Origin: an uncultured Candidatus Actinomarina sp.
GTDB lineage: Bacteria; Actinomycetota; Acidimicrobiia; Actinomarinales; Actinomarinaceae
Reading direction: 5' to 3'
Assembly (NCBI GenBank): GCA_902634185.1
Contig: CACPJC010000003.1
Coordinates: forward strand, 109,733 to 173,732
Length of the DNA stretch: 64,000 bases
Shown: one piece after another, positions 1 through 9,777 of the stretch
Numbering within the stretch: the stretch's first letter is position 1
How the letters are laid out: every line of letters begins with the position of its first letter
Position numbers and translations under genes: made by a program
Notes under the pieces: model-generated
The model's database searches: none
What the model was told of the DNA's origin: nothing
Seen by the model: only the letters and a program-made list of their open reading frames with translations

Positions 1-15
1 TAAAAATACTCAAAT

Positions 16-1260
16 TTAGCTTGTGCCATGCTCCCAGGAGTCGAGATATTCAATTTGCTCTTTAGTAAGGATTTCTAATTCTCCACCCATGAGTCCTAAT
101 TTTGTAGCTGCAATTTTTAAATCAACTTCATTCGGAAGAGTATAAACTTTTGGCTCTAGGTCTTCATGATTATCTTTTATCCATTCTGCAGCCAAGGCCT
201 GGTTAGCAAATGACATATCCATCACTGAAGCAGGATGGCCAGTTGCAGCAGCTAAATTAACTAATCTTCCTTCAGCTAATACTAAAATTTCCTTACCATC
301 GTACAAATAGCTTTCTACATGATCTCTAACTCTATGTACTTCAGCACTATCTTGTTTTAATGCTTCTAAATTGATTTCTACATCAAAATGTCCTGCATTA
401 GCTAAAACTACTCCGTCTTTCATAACGTCAAAATGTTTCTTATCTAATGCATGCATGTTTCCTGTTACAGATACAATTACATCAGCAATTTTTGCAGCAT
501 TAACACTACTTTTTACTTCATATCCATGCATTAAAGCTTCTAGAGCACGTACAGAGTTAGGCTCAACGATTGTTACTTTAGCACCCATTCCATATGCTCG
601 TTCTGCTACTCCTTTTCCACAATCTCCAAAACCAATCACAACAACATCTAAACCAGCAATCAAGAGATCTGTTGCTCTTACAACACCATCCATAGCACTT
701 TGACCTGTTCCAAATCGATTATCAAATAAATGCTTCGTGTCAGAGTCATTTACAGCAACGACAGGAAAGCGAAGTTTATTATTTTTTTCCATTGACTTCA
801 GTCTTATTACTCCGGTAGTTGTTTCTTCCATTGAACCCATAACTGGTAAGTCAGATCTATCAGTTAAAAGTAAAGTAACTAAATCAGCTCCATCATCCAT
901 CGTTATGTCAGGTTTTGTGTCTAAAACAGAATTAAGATGCTTAAAGAATTCATCATTTGATACTCCATGTACTGCATGTACTTCAACATCATTTTCAGCA
1001 AGATAGGCAGCGACTGAATCTTTAGTTGATAGTGGGTTCGACGCACACAATGCAACGTTTGCCCCAGCAGCTTTTAAAGTAAGCATTAAATTAGCTGTTT
1101 CTTTTGTTACGTGCATACATGCACCTATATTCAAACCATTTAATGGCTTATTACTTGAGAACTCTGTTTTAATTTCTTCAAGAACTTTCATTTGTCTAGC
1201 AGCCCAATCAACTTCTTGCTGGCCTACTGCTGATAGATTTTTGTCTTTTATAGTAGACAT
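16..1260 (-). CDS. ahcY: Adenosylhomocysteinase (S-adenosyl-L-homocysteine hydrolase)
   Basis: Motifs GACMHVTKET, DDGAD, EETTTG, KHLFDNRFGTGQS, GFGDCGKG, GRLVNL, GHPASVMDMSF. Confidence 0.97.
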   Translation of the reverse strand: MSTIKDKNLSAVGQQEVDWAARQMKVLEEIKTEFSSNKPLNGLNIGACMHVTKETANLMLTLKAAGANVALCASNPLSTKDSVAAYLAENDVEVHAVHGVSNDEFFKHLNSVLDTKPDITMDDGADLVTLLLTDRSDLPVMGSMEETTTGVIRLKSMEKNNKLRFPVVAVNDSDTKHLFDNRFGTGQSAMDGVVRATDLLIAGLDVVVIGFGDCGKGVAERAYGMGAKVTIVEPNSVRALEALMHGYEVKSSVNAAKIADVIVSVTGNMHALDKKHFDVMKDGVVLANAGHFDVEINLEALKQDSAEVHRVRDHVESYLYDGKEILVLAEGRLVNLAAATGHPASVMDMSFANQALAAEWIKDNHEDLEPKVYTLPNEVDLKIAATKLGLMGGELEILTKEQIEYLDSWEHGTS

Positions 1261-2255
1261 TATCCTCCTAGTAATTTTTTTAAATTTTCAATTGTATCAA
1301 TATTTTCTGGATTAATAGTTAATTTGTTTGCTAAGTTTAAACTAACTAAATCACCTAGTAATACTAACTCCAATAGGGTTTTTAGTGTACTTTCCTGATT
1401 TTTTAAATTAACTTCAAAAATATTTACCTTCTCTCCTATCAATTCTTTGGTAAATTCAAATCTTTTACTTATTTGTGCATGTTCATTTTTATCCCGAATC
1501 AGAATAACAATATAATTTTTTTTACTTCCATCTATGTCTGCATCCCATGAGAGAATTTCATTGTGATGTACCTCTGGTAGATAACCAACAAAAGCTTTGG
1601 ATTTTGAGTTCTCATTAATCTGAGTTTTCCAACGTGACGATACAACCTTTGACATATTGGTTCCTGAATATAAAATTACAGTTTTCTTGTTGATACTTTC
1701 ACATATATTTAAAGAAAATTTGTTGATATCAGACTCTTCAGCGTTTTCAGATAGTTTATCCAAATATGAACTTGCTTCATTCAATTGAGATACATAATCT
1801 GAACCTTCAACAATATCTAAAATTCTTGAAATAGCTAAAGTAAGATATCCAAATGCTGCCCTTGGTTGTAGTCCACTTGGTATCTTAATATACTCTTTAC
1901 CTTCTTCTTGAGCGATATCTATTAACTTGCCGCCGCTTGAAATAACTATCCAATCTAAATTATTTTTTTTGGCATCAGATATACCTGATAACGTTTCTTC
2001 TGTGTTGCCAGAATATGAAATAAATAAACATAAAGGTCTAAATTTTAAAAACTGTTTTGGGATTGAATAATCTTTGTGAATAATTATATTTTTGTCAGAT
2101 ATTTCATTAGAAAGTACTTTCATCACATCTCCTGCTACACCTGAACCACCCATTCCCATAATTAATAAATTCTCATATGAAATTTTTTCTAGATTACTAG
2201 AAGACTCAAGATCAGATATTATTTGATTTTTTAGGTCGAATGCGATATTTAACAT
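1260..2255 (-). CDS. Bifunctional phosphoglucose/phosphomannose isomerase (SIS domain)
   Basis: GMGGSG, SYSGNTEET, QPRAA, RWKTQINENSK, PEVHHNE are hallmark motifs of the PGI/PMI family. Confidence 0.93.
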   Translation of the reverse strand: MLNIAFDLKNQIISDLESSSNLEKISYENLLIMGMGGSGVAGDVMKVLSNEISDKNIIIHKDYSIPKQFLKFRPLCLFISYSGNTEETLSGISDAKKNNLDWIVISSGGKLIDIAQEEGKEYIKIPSGLQPRAAFGYLTLAISRILDIVEGSDYVSQLNEASSYLDKLSENAEESDINKFSLNICESINKKTVILYSGTNMSKVVSSRWKTQINENSKSKAFVGYLPEVHHNEILSWDADIDGSKKNYIVILIRDKNEHAQISKRFEFTKELIGEKVNIFEVNLKNQESTLKTLLELVLLGDLVSLNLANKLTINPENIDTIENLKKLLGG

Positions 2256-2258
2256 CTA

Positions 2259-3596
2259 TTAATCTATTATATTTGAAATTTTTTCAATGATGCTGTCTAA
2301 AGTTTTTTGATTGATTGCTTCTGCATTTAATCTAAGCATGGGCTCGGTATTAGATCCCCTCACGTTAAACCAAAAGTCATCAGAAAAATATGATATTCCA
2401 TCTAATTTATCAAATTCACCCTCAAAAGAATTTTCAATTTTTTTTAAACTTGTCTCTACATCTTCGACAATGTAATTTATTTCACCAGATGAAGGCTTAA
2501 AGTTGTAATTTTGTACAAGTTCTGAACTTTTAATTTTTTTCTCAGATAATATTTTTAAAAATATTAATAATGTCAATATTCCAGAATCAGCATAAAAATT
2601 TTCTCTCAAATAAAAATGAGCGCTGTGTTCTCCACCAAAATCTGCGTCATTATCTCTCATAATTTTTTTTATGTATGAATGACCAACTTTAGATCTTATT
2701 GTCTTTATTCCTTTATTTTTTAAATATTCAATAACAGATGGTTGAACATTTACATTATGAACTATCTTTATTTCAGATTTCTTTTCAAATAACCAATCAG
2801 AGATTAAACAAGTCATCATACTTCCACTAATTACGTTTCCTTTGTCATCGACAAATACAGATCTATCAGCATCTCCATCGAAAGCAACTCCAAAATCAAA
2901 ATTTTGTGATAATACTTTATTCTTTAAATCTAAGAGATTGTCTTGGTTTGAAGGATCTGCTGGATGATTTGGGAAGTTGCCATCTACTTCCATATAAAGA
3001 CCTTCAAAATTTAAACTAAACGATTCTGCTAGATCTTCAATAATTGCACCAAGAACACCATTTCCACCATCAATAGCAAATTTCACTTTGTCACTTATTT
3101 CAGATGGATCAACTATATTTTTAAAATGTTCTAGATAAAGTTGATTCATAGTTTTCATTTCAGGCAATTCTGACATATTTAAATCATCATTAAATTTTTC
3201 TGCTAAATTCTTGATTTCTTTTAATCCTGTTTCTTGACCGATCGCCACTGCTCCACTGTCGCAAAACTTTAAACCTGTGTACTCTTTTGGATTGTGAGAT
3301 GCTGTAATAATCAAACCAGGTAAATTCTTAATACCAGAAAGCGTATAAACAACATCTGTTGGAACCATACCAACATACAATACTTTTTTATTGACTGATT
3401 GTATTCCAGAACTTATAGCTGCGAACATTTCATTATTTGAAATACGGCCGTCATGTCCGACAATAATTTCATTTGAATCTACATAAGAAGCAAAAGCTGC
3501 GCCTATTTTAAAACCAACTTTTGGTGTAATTGTTTCATTAAAAACACCTCTTACATCGTAAGCTTTAAAAATTAAATCTAGTTTATTTTCATCCAC
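2259..3596 (-). CDS. manB: Phosphomannomutase/phosphoglucomutase
   Basis: IFKAYDVRG, TASHNP phosphoserine loop, FDGDADR metal loop, GEHSAH, RGSNTEP. Confidence 0.95.
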   Translation of the reverse strand: MDENKLDLIFKAYDVRGVFNETITPKVGFKIGAAFASYVDSNEIIVGHDGRISNNEMFAAISSGIQSVNKKVLYVGMVPTDVVYTLSGIKNLPGLIITASHNPKEYTGLKFCDSGAVAIGQETGLKEIKNLAEKFNDDLNMSELPEMKTMNQLYLEHFKNIVDPSEISDKVKFAIDGGNGVLGAIIEDLAESFSLNFEGLYMEVDGNFPNHPADPSNQDNLLDLKNKVLSQNFDFGVAFDGDADRSVFVDDKGNVISGSMMTCLISDWLFEKKSEIKIVHNVNVQPSVIEYLKNKGIKTIRSKVGHSYIKKIMRDNDADFGGEHSAHFYLRENFYADSGILTLLIFLKILSEKKIKSSELVQNYNFKPSSGEINYIVEDVETSLKKIENSFEGEFDKLDGISYFSDDFWFNVRGSNTEPMLRLNAEAINQKTLDSIIEKISNIID

Positions 3597-3611
3597 TCCA
3601 TATGTATTGTA

Positions 3612-4352
3612 ATGTTTATGAAAATGAACAGCATGATTAATAATTTTTCAGTTGTAATACCAGTATTTAATGAAGAAGAGATCTTTTTAGAATCTGCTAA
3701 TAAAATTTTCAAAATTTGCCAAGAGATGAATATGCCGTTTGAAATTATTTTTTCCGAAAACGGGTCTTTAGACAACACAAAAAATCTCATTCAGGCCTTT
3801 ATAGAAGATAAAGAAAATTGTTTTACGATAAATAGCAATTATGCAAACTATGGTCTTGCGTTAAAAAATGGATTTGAAATTGCAAAAAATGATATTGTAA
3901 TATCATTTGATATTGATTATTTTTCAAAAAAATTTCTTAAGCAATCATTGGAACTAGATGAGAATTACGTAGCACTAGTTGCATCGAAAAGATTAAATGA
4001 ATCTAAAGATGAAAGAACATTTATCAGAAAAATAGCAACATCAATATTTGTATTAATTTTAAAACTTTTATTTCGAACCTCACTAAGTGATACTCATGGA
4101 ATGAAAGCTATAAGAAGATATAATATTCAAAAAGAAATCAATAACGTTATTTCAACACAAGATATTTTTGATACTGAACTTTTAATTAGAATAGAAAAAT
4201 CAGGTTACAAAATTCTTGAAGTGCCTGCAAAAGTAAATGAGATTAGACCAAGTGTGTCTGTTATTTTTACAAGAATTCCTAGAACACTAAAAAGTTTATT
4301 TTTTTTACGGCTTCAATTATTTAAAGAGTCTTTAAATACAAACAATTTGTAA
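3612..4352 (+). CDS. GT2 glycosyltransferase, polyprenol-phosphate sugar synthase-like
   Basis: SVVIPVFNEE, ENGSLDNT, DID (DxD), SDTHGMK, FDTELL pattern of Dol-P-Man/Glc synthase-like GT2. Confidence 0.85.
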   Translation: MFMKMNSMINNFSVVIPVFNEEEIFLESANKIFKICQEMNMPFEIIFSENGSLDNTKNLIQAFIEDKENCFTINSNYANYGLALKNGFEIAKNDIVISFDIDYFSKKFLKQSLELDENYVALVASKRLNESKDERTFIRKIATSIFVLILKLLFRTSLSDTHGMKAIRRYNIQKEINNVISTQDIFDTELLIRIEKSGYKILEVPAKVNEIRPSVSVIFTRIPRTLKSLFFLRLQLFKESLNTNNL

Positions 4353-4783
4353 ATTAAATATTTGATGGGAAGAATAAATCCATGTATCAAAACAGTTGCT
4401 ATAAGAAATTGTATTTCGTTATCTTGAATTGATGGTCTGATCAAGTCTATTAAAAACCATATAAACAATGGAACAACTAAGTTGATTAAATTAGTAATCA
4501 AAAATTTAACAAATTCTTTTAATCCCCCCTCATATATAGATAATTTAAAAATAATTCGTCTAGACAAAAAATATGAAACTATAACTCCAATTGAAAAAGC
4601 AAAAATATTTGTTAAATAAGTTCTTAAAGGAATCTCAATTGAATAAAAAACAAAAAATTGAAATAAATAGCTTATTCCAAGACCAAATACTAAATTGAAT
4701 CCACCAACAATATACGTTCTTAATAGTTGCGCATAGGTGGAATCACCTCTTAATAAATTTGAATTTTTAAGTTTTTTTAACAT
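4313..4783 (-). CDS. GtrA family membrane protein (putative lipid-linked sugar flippase)
   Basis: Four hydrophobic helices, 'LLRTYIVGG', 'SYFLSRRIIF', terminal 'KLFVFK' typical of GtrA. Confidence 0.8.
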   Translation of the reverse strand: MLKKLKNSNLLRGDSTYAQLLRTYIVGGFNLVFGLGISYLFQFFVFYSIEIPLRTYLTNIFAFSIGVIVSYFLSRRIIFKLSIYEGGLKEFVKFLITNLINLVVPLFIWFLIDLIRPSIQDNEIQFLIATVLIHGFILPIKYLIYKLFVFKDSLNN

Positions 4784-6965
4784 TTTTTAAAGATCTAATA
4801 AAAATAATCAATGATAAGACTAATGAAAATATTGAAAAATAGAAGCTGTTTTTTTCTAGTGTGGTGTTTTCAAAGTTGATCTCTACATATTCTTGATTGG
4901 GTATAACTGACATAAATGATGGAGAGGTCCTAAATGGCCCAAGCCCGTTTGAGATAGACCAATTTGGAAAGTAAGAAACTTTAATTAAATGTAATTCACC
5001 AGGATTGTTTGTAAAAAATGAAATTTTCTTATTTGTAATTTTTATGTCTGTGACTTCTAAATCATTCTTATTCGATGGCTGTATCAATATTTCATTACTT
5101 ACTTCAACAACTCTCTTTTCATCAAGTTCATCAAAATTTTCATATGCTTTTTGAAAAAAATTAGTTATATTAGTGTCCCTAAAAACTGAACTAAGAATGC
5201 CTTCTTGTTTGTTTACTTTTGAAAACAATTCAATATCTTGATAAATTAATTCTACTTTTGAGGAGTTGACTTCAAATACTGAAAACGGCTCTGACGAAAA
5301 AAGAAATGTCAGTCCATCAGAATTCATTGCTTTACTTTCAATTTCTTCCGTATACGTAATGAAATAATCTACTCCTAGGTCATAAAGATAATCTACACCT
5401 TTATCAAATTGATTATTTATATATGACAGTCCACCTACTGGATTTGATGGTCTTTTTGCCAAACCGGATACAGATATAAAATGAAATGGGGTTGTAATAC
5501 TTGAATCAAAATATAGACCTTCCATGCTTGTATGTTTTGTAAAATAAGGAATTGTCATTAGAGTCATCGGTGTTCCATATTTATTCATATCTGAATTTGG
5601 TTCCCACATAATCCTTCCAGGTTTTAAATTGTCTAATTGAGTGTATAAGTTTTGAATTTGATTCCAGTCGTTCTTTCCTTCGTAACCTGTAAAATTCCAA
5701 TTAAGCCAATGTGGCAAGAAAGATATAGTAGAAAAAATAATTGAAACAATTAGCAAATTAAGTTGTACAACAATATTTTTTAAATTTAGGATTGCAAAAA
5801 TCATTATCAGAAAAATGATTGGTATGTAAAGATTTAAATATGATTGGTTAGTAGACCATTTTTCATAAAATATATACAAACAATAAATTGTTCCACCTAA
5901 AAATAGACCCGTTAATACATTGACTCCCTGTTGATAAAGATTCATATCATCAATAAAAATTTCTACCGCTTTGAAAAATAGAAAAATAATTCCAAGATTG
6001 AAAAATGGTACCAATCTACCATTCCAAAGAGCACCTTCTGGGACATAAAAATAAAGGAGAACAGATGAGGAGATAATATAAAGATCAAATAAGTTTATTG
6101 TCTTGTTTTTAATCAAATTTTTATGCTTTGCTATCAATAAACCAATCAAGATAAAGATGATGGGTAAAATATCTTTCTTGATCAAATCATCTAATCTAGA
6201 AAATGGAGTGTAAGTCATATTTGTTGTATATTCTAAATTCATCAACAATGAGACGGACCATCTTGATGCAAGTGCTAAGAAAATAAAGATTGAGAGTATT
6301 CTTTGATTTAGATTTTGTTTTTTTGATAACCAATAAAATGCATAAATTGGAGAATAGATAATAAATGGAATTAAATGAGACAACAAACAGAGAGCAAGAA
6401 AGATTGAACTGATTGTGAATCTAAAATTATTTTTTGATTTTATTAAATAAAAAATTGATAGATTTGCAAATGCTAATGAATACGCAAAAGAAAACTGCCC
6501 TGCCAATGTTGATGCTAAATTACCACCATAAATAGTAAACGACTCAGTAAAAACGTAAAATAATCCAGCCGTAGCACCATAGATTGAAATTTGATTCGAT
6601 GTTTTTCTCATTAATTTTTCGATAGAGTAAACAACTAAAATGGTGGACATCACAACCATAATTTTGAAAGCAATTCCAAAAGGGAATACAAGATTAAAGA
6701 TGAATGTGATTATTGCTGGAATAGGAAAATAAAAATAGTACAGAGGATATCCACCAAACCAATCATTTGACCATCCGTTTATTTGAAAATTTGGCATAAA
6801 ATCTTTTATAAAAGTATCAATTGCAACAATATGAGCTCCCATATCTCCACCAGTAGGTGTATTGTTTTCAAAAACTAAATCAACTCTTAGAAATAAGACT
6901 AAAACTAGTAAATAAAATAATTGTTGTGATATATTTGAATTTAAATTTTTACTAACTGATTTCAT
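4767..6965 (-). CDS. Polytopic membrane protein, PTPS-related/YfhO-like GT-C fold glycosyltransferase
   Basis: N-terminal TM followed by GGDMGAH and GW..DWFGGYPLYYFYFP loop, many TM segments, C-terminal KVSYFPNW extracytoplasmic motif. Confidence 0.75.
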   Translation of the reverse strand: MKSVSKNLNSNISQQLFYLLVLVLFLRVDLVFENNTPTGGDMGAHIVAIDTFIKDFMPNFQINGWSNDWFGGYPLYYFYFPIPAIITFIFNLVFPFGIAFKIMVVMSTILVVYSIEKLMRKTSNQISIYGATAGLFYVFTESFTIYGGNLASTLAGQFSFAYSLAFANLSIFYLIKSKNNFRFTISSIFLALCLLSHLIPFIIYSPIYAFYWLSKKQNLNQRILSIFIFLALASRWSVSLLMNLEYTTNMTYTPFSRLDDLIKKDILPIIFILIGLLIAKHKNLIKNKTINLFDLYIISSSVLLYFYVPEGALWNGRLVPFFNLGIIFLFFKAVEIFIDDMNLYQQGVNVLTGLFLGGTIYCLYIFYEKWSTNQSYLNLYIPIIFLIMIFAILNLKNIVVQLNLLIVSIIFSTISFLPHWLNWNFTGYEGKNDWNQIQNLYTQLDNLKPGRIMWEPNSDMNKYGTPMTLMTIPYFTKHTSMEGLYFDSSITTPFHFISVSGLAKRPSNPVGGLSYINNQFDKGVDYLYDLGVDYFITYTEEIESKAMNSDGLTFLFSSEPFSVFEVNSSKVELIYQDIELFSKVNKQEGILSSVFRDTNITNFFQKAYENFDELDEKRVVEVSNEILIQPSNKNDLEVTDIKITNKKISFFTNNPGELHLIKVSYFPNWSISNGLGPFRTSPSFMSVIPNQEYVEINFENTTLEKNSFYFSIFSLVLSLIIFIRSLKNVKKT

Positions 6966-7206
6966 TTAAAATCTTTCCAAGATATTTAGTACTTCTTTTA
7001 CCATTTTCTGACCACTCAGCATACCAATACGGTCCATGAGGACAACTATTACAAGATTCTCTTCCACATTTTATTAATTTTTGCCTATAGGATATGTTTT
7101 GTTCATTACCTGTGGGCCCAAGCTTGTTATCAATTAGGATACGTAATCTTTTTAAATCTGATTCTCCTAATTCAGATATTGCTTCTAGAATTTCTCTATC
7201 TACCAT
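6952..7206 (-). CDS. Small Cys/His-rich protein, DUF6788-like
   Basis: C-x4-C-x2-C-x-HGPYWY...GKRSTKYLGK motif; overlaps the downstream gene start. Confidence 0.7.
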   Translation of the reverse strand: MVDREILEAISELGESDLKRLRILIDNKLGPTGNEQNISYRQKLIKCGRESCNSCPHGPYWYAEWSENGKRSTKYLGKILNEIS

Positions 7207-7246
7207 TATTAAAATGTTAATGGAATATTGGTAAGAGTAATAAAGT

Positions 7247-8143
7247 ATGAAAAAAATTGTTTATTTATCAGGTGGAATTGGTGGAGCAAAACTTGCAAAA
7301 GGTTTTTACAATCTCAAAGAAATCGACCTAACAATTATTATTAATACCGGTGATGATGAAACTATACAGGGAGTTAGGTTATCTCCAGATATAGATTCTG
7401 TAATTTATGCATTAGCTGGAATTGAGGGTGATCTTGGATGGGGCCAAAAAAATGATAGTTTTGTTGTAAGTGAAGAATTTAAAAAATATTTTCCTCAAGA
7501 ATTCAGTATTGGCGATAAAGATCTTGCTTTAAACCTTTTTAGAAATCAGTTATTTTCAGAGGGCAAGTCACTTACTCAGATAACGAAGATAATTTCTGAT
7601 AAATTTAGATTAAATTGCAAAATACTTCCAATGACAGATAATTTAGTTAGTACAAAATTGAAAACCACTGAAAATAAATTATTAGACTTTCAAGAATATT
7701 TTGTTGAATTAAAATCGGAACCTGATTTGAGTGATGTTATCTATTTAAATTCTGAGGATGCAGATATAACTAATGAAGTTTCTAGAGCAATTGAAAAAGC
7801 TGACAAAATAGTGATTGGACCTTCAAATCCAATCCTTTCTATTGGACCAATTCTCTCGATAAAAAATTTAAAGGAAAAATTAATTAACCATGATACAACA
7901 TACATTGTTTCACCATTCATACAAGATAAAGCAATTAAGGGTCCTTCCAAAAAAAATTTTGAAGATCTTGGTTATACGAGTGACATAAGTGGAATTAAAA
8001 AGTTTTATGATTATGTTGGAAATTTCTATATAGTGCATGATGGTGATTCCGATGGAGCTGAAAATACAATCGAAACAAATATATTATTTAAATCTATAGA
8101 AGACACCACCAACTTAGCTAAATTCATTATTGAACATGAATAA
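7247..8143 (+). CDS. cofD: 2-phospho-L-lactate/phosphoenolpyruvate transferase (F420 biosynthesis)
   Basis: LSGGIGGAK, NTGDD, SPDIDS, IGDKDLA, FQEYFV, GPSNPILSIGPIL. Confidence 0.95.
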   Translation: MKKIVYLSGGIGGAKLAKGFYNLKEIDLTIIINTGDDETIQGVRLSPDIDSVIYALAGIEGDLGWGQKNDSFVVSEEFKKYFPQEFSIGDKDLALNLFRNQLFSEGKSLTQITKIISDKFRLNCKILPMTDNLVSTKLKTTENKLLDFQEYFVELKSEPDLSDVIYLNSEDADITNEVSRAIEKADKIVIGPSNPILSIGPILSIKNLKEKLINHDTTYIVSPFIQDKAIKGPSKKNFEDLGYTSDISGIKKFYDYVGNFYIVHDGDSDGAENTIETNILFKSIEDTTNLAKFIIEHE

Positions 8144-8834
8144 TATAACTATCATTCCTATTAAAAAACTACCTGAATTTTCACCAAAGCATGATTTAGT
8201 TGATGAATTAATAAAAGGATTTGAAAACAACAATATTGCTCTGCAAGACAATGATGTAATAGTTGTCACTCAAAAGATCGTCTCTAAAGTTGAGAATAGA
8301 TTGATAGAAAACAATTTTGAAAATATTGAAGAATTAATTGAAAAAGAATCTTTAGAAATTTTAAGAAAAAGAGGCGATACGATAATTGCAAGAACAAAAC
8401 ATGGTTTTATTTGTGCAAATGCAGGAATAGATAAATCAAACATAAAAAAAGGTTCTTTTTTACTATTGCCTGAAGATCCAGATAAAACATCTAGGGATAT
8501 ACAAAAAAAAATTGAATACAACACGAATAAAAAAGTCAGCGTGATCATATCTGATACTTTTGGAAGAGCATGGAGAAAAGGTCAAACTAATGTTGCTATT
8601 GGTTCATCTGGAATTGAACCTTTGGAAAGCTATATCGGTGAAAAAGATGCTTTCGATAATGAACTTTTTGCCACTGAAATTGCAATTATTGACGAACTAG
8701 CTGGTGCTGCAGAATTAGTTATGAAAAAAAGTGACAATATTCCTGTAGCAATCATAAGAGGTGTTGATTATAAATCCTCTGATTTGGGAGTTGGAGAATT
8801 AATAAGAAAAGAAGACGAAGATTTCTTTCTTTAA
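8136..8834 (+). CDS. cofE: Coenzyme F420-0:L-glutamate ligase
   Basis: TQKIVSKVE, ANAGIDKSN, LLPEDPD, DTFGRAWRKG, DELAGAAELV; follows cofD. Confidence 0.95.
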   Translation: MNNITIIPIKKLPEFSPKHDLVDELIKGFENNNIALQDNDVIVVTQKIVSKVENRLIENNFENIEELIEKESLEILRKRGDTIIARTKHGFICANAGIDKSNIKKGSFLLLPEDPDKTSRDIQKKIEYNTNKKVSVIISDTFGRAWRKGQTNVAIGSSGIEPLESYIGEKDAFDNELFATEIAIIDELAGAAELVMKKSDNIPVAIIRGVDYKSSDLGVGELIRKEDEDFFL

Positions 8835-8841
8835 AAATTTT

Positions 8842-9777
8842 TTATGAATTCTTAAACCAATCTACTAATTCTTCAATACCTTTTTTTAAATCATACTCTG
8901 GTTCCCAATCCAAACTTTTCTTCGCTTTGTTATTATTTAAAACACTCCTCAGCAATTCTCCGTCTCTCTGTGGTTTGTAATCAGGTTCTCCTTCCCATGA
9001 AGTTTTTGTTGCGATTAGTGACACCAACTCATTTACAGATGTTTCAACACCTGTACCTATATTTAAAAATAAATCATTATCATTTTCAGATGATTTAATT
9101 AATGCACTCACAACATCCGCAACATATACATAATCTCTTGTTTGGTTTCCATCACCATAAATTATTGGTTTTTCTTTATTTAGCATTTTTCCAGTAAATA
9201 TTGACATTACTCCTGCTTCTCCGTGAGGGTCTTGACGTGGACCATAAACATTTGATAAATTCAAAATTGAGTATGACATTTTTTCATTTTCTAACATCAA
9301 TTTTATAAAGTCATTAAGCTTTTTTTTTGCTACACCATAAGGAGAAACTGGCTCACCTGCAAAGTCTTCTTCAGAAGTTGGAATGATATTAGGTTCACCA
9401 AATATTGTTCCTCCAGAAGAGCTAAAAACAAACTTCTTACAATCTGTACTTATTAATGTCTGTATTAATTTGATAGGCTGTAAAAGATTATGTTCAAAAT
9501 CTAGCAATGGATCTTCTACAGAAATTACAACTGAAGATTGTGCTGCTAAATGAAAACAAATTTCTGGATTAAATTTTTCAATTTCTTTTATTGACTCATT
9601 AGATCCAAGGTCATCATAAATTACGTCTACGTTTTCTAATCTGTCTAAATTTGTTTTTTTTCCTGTCAATAAATTATCGATAACTAAAACTCTTACATTG
9701 TTTTTGAGTAATTCCTCTACTAAATGTGAACCAATAAATCCAGCTCCACCTGTTACTAATGCATTTTTATATTTCAT
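8842..9777 (-). CDS. NAD-dependent epimerase/dehydratase (UDP-glucose 4-epimerase-like)
   Basis: TGGAGFIGSH, HLAAQ, YGVAK (YxxxK), NVYGPRQDPHGEAGV. Confidence 0.9.
   Translation of the reverse strand: MKYKNALVTGGAGFIGSHLVEELLKNNVRVLVIDNLLTGKKTNLDRLENVDVIYDDLGSNESIKEIEKFNPEICFHLAAQSSVVISVEDPLLDFEHNLLQPIKLIQTLISTDCKKFVFSSSGGTIFGEPNIIPTSEEDFAGEPVSPYGVAKKKLNDFIKLMLENEKMSYSILNLSNVYGPRQDPHGEAGVMSIFTGKMLNKEKPIIYGDGNQTRDYVYVADVVSALIKSSENDNDLFLNIGTGVETSVNELVSLIATKTSWEGEPDYKPQRDGELLRSVLNNNKAKKSLDWEPEYDLKKGIEELVDWFKNS

Noticed and set aside
371-1006. Antisense ORFs inside ahcY, and similar shadow ORFs elsewhere (e.g. 29318-29887, 21146-21595, 52077-52388)
   Set aside because: Fully antisense to well-supported genes with no recognisable motifs; expected shadows of codon bias
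6952-7206. WhiB-family regulator or IS element
   Set aside because: Cys spacing and the missing GVWGG motif do not fit WhiB; no transposase or terminal repeats nearby
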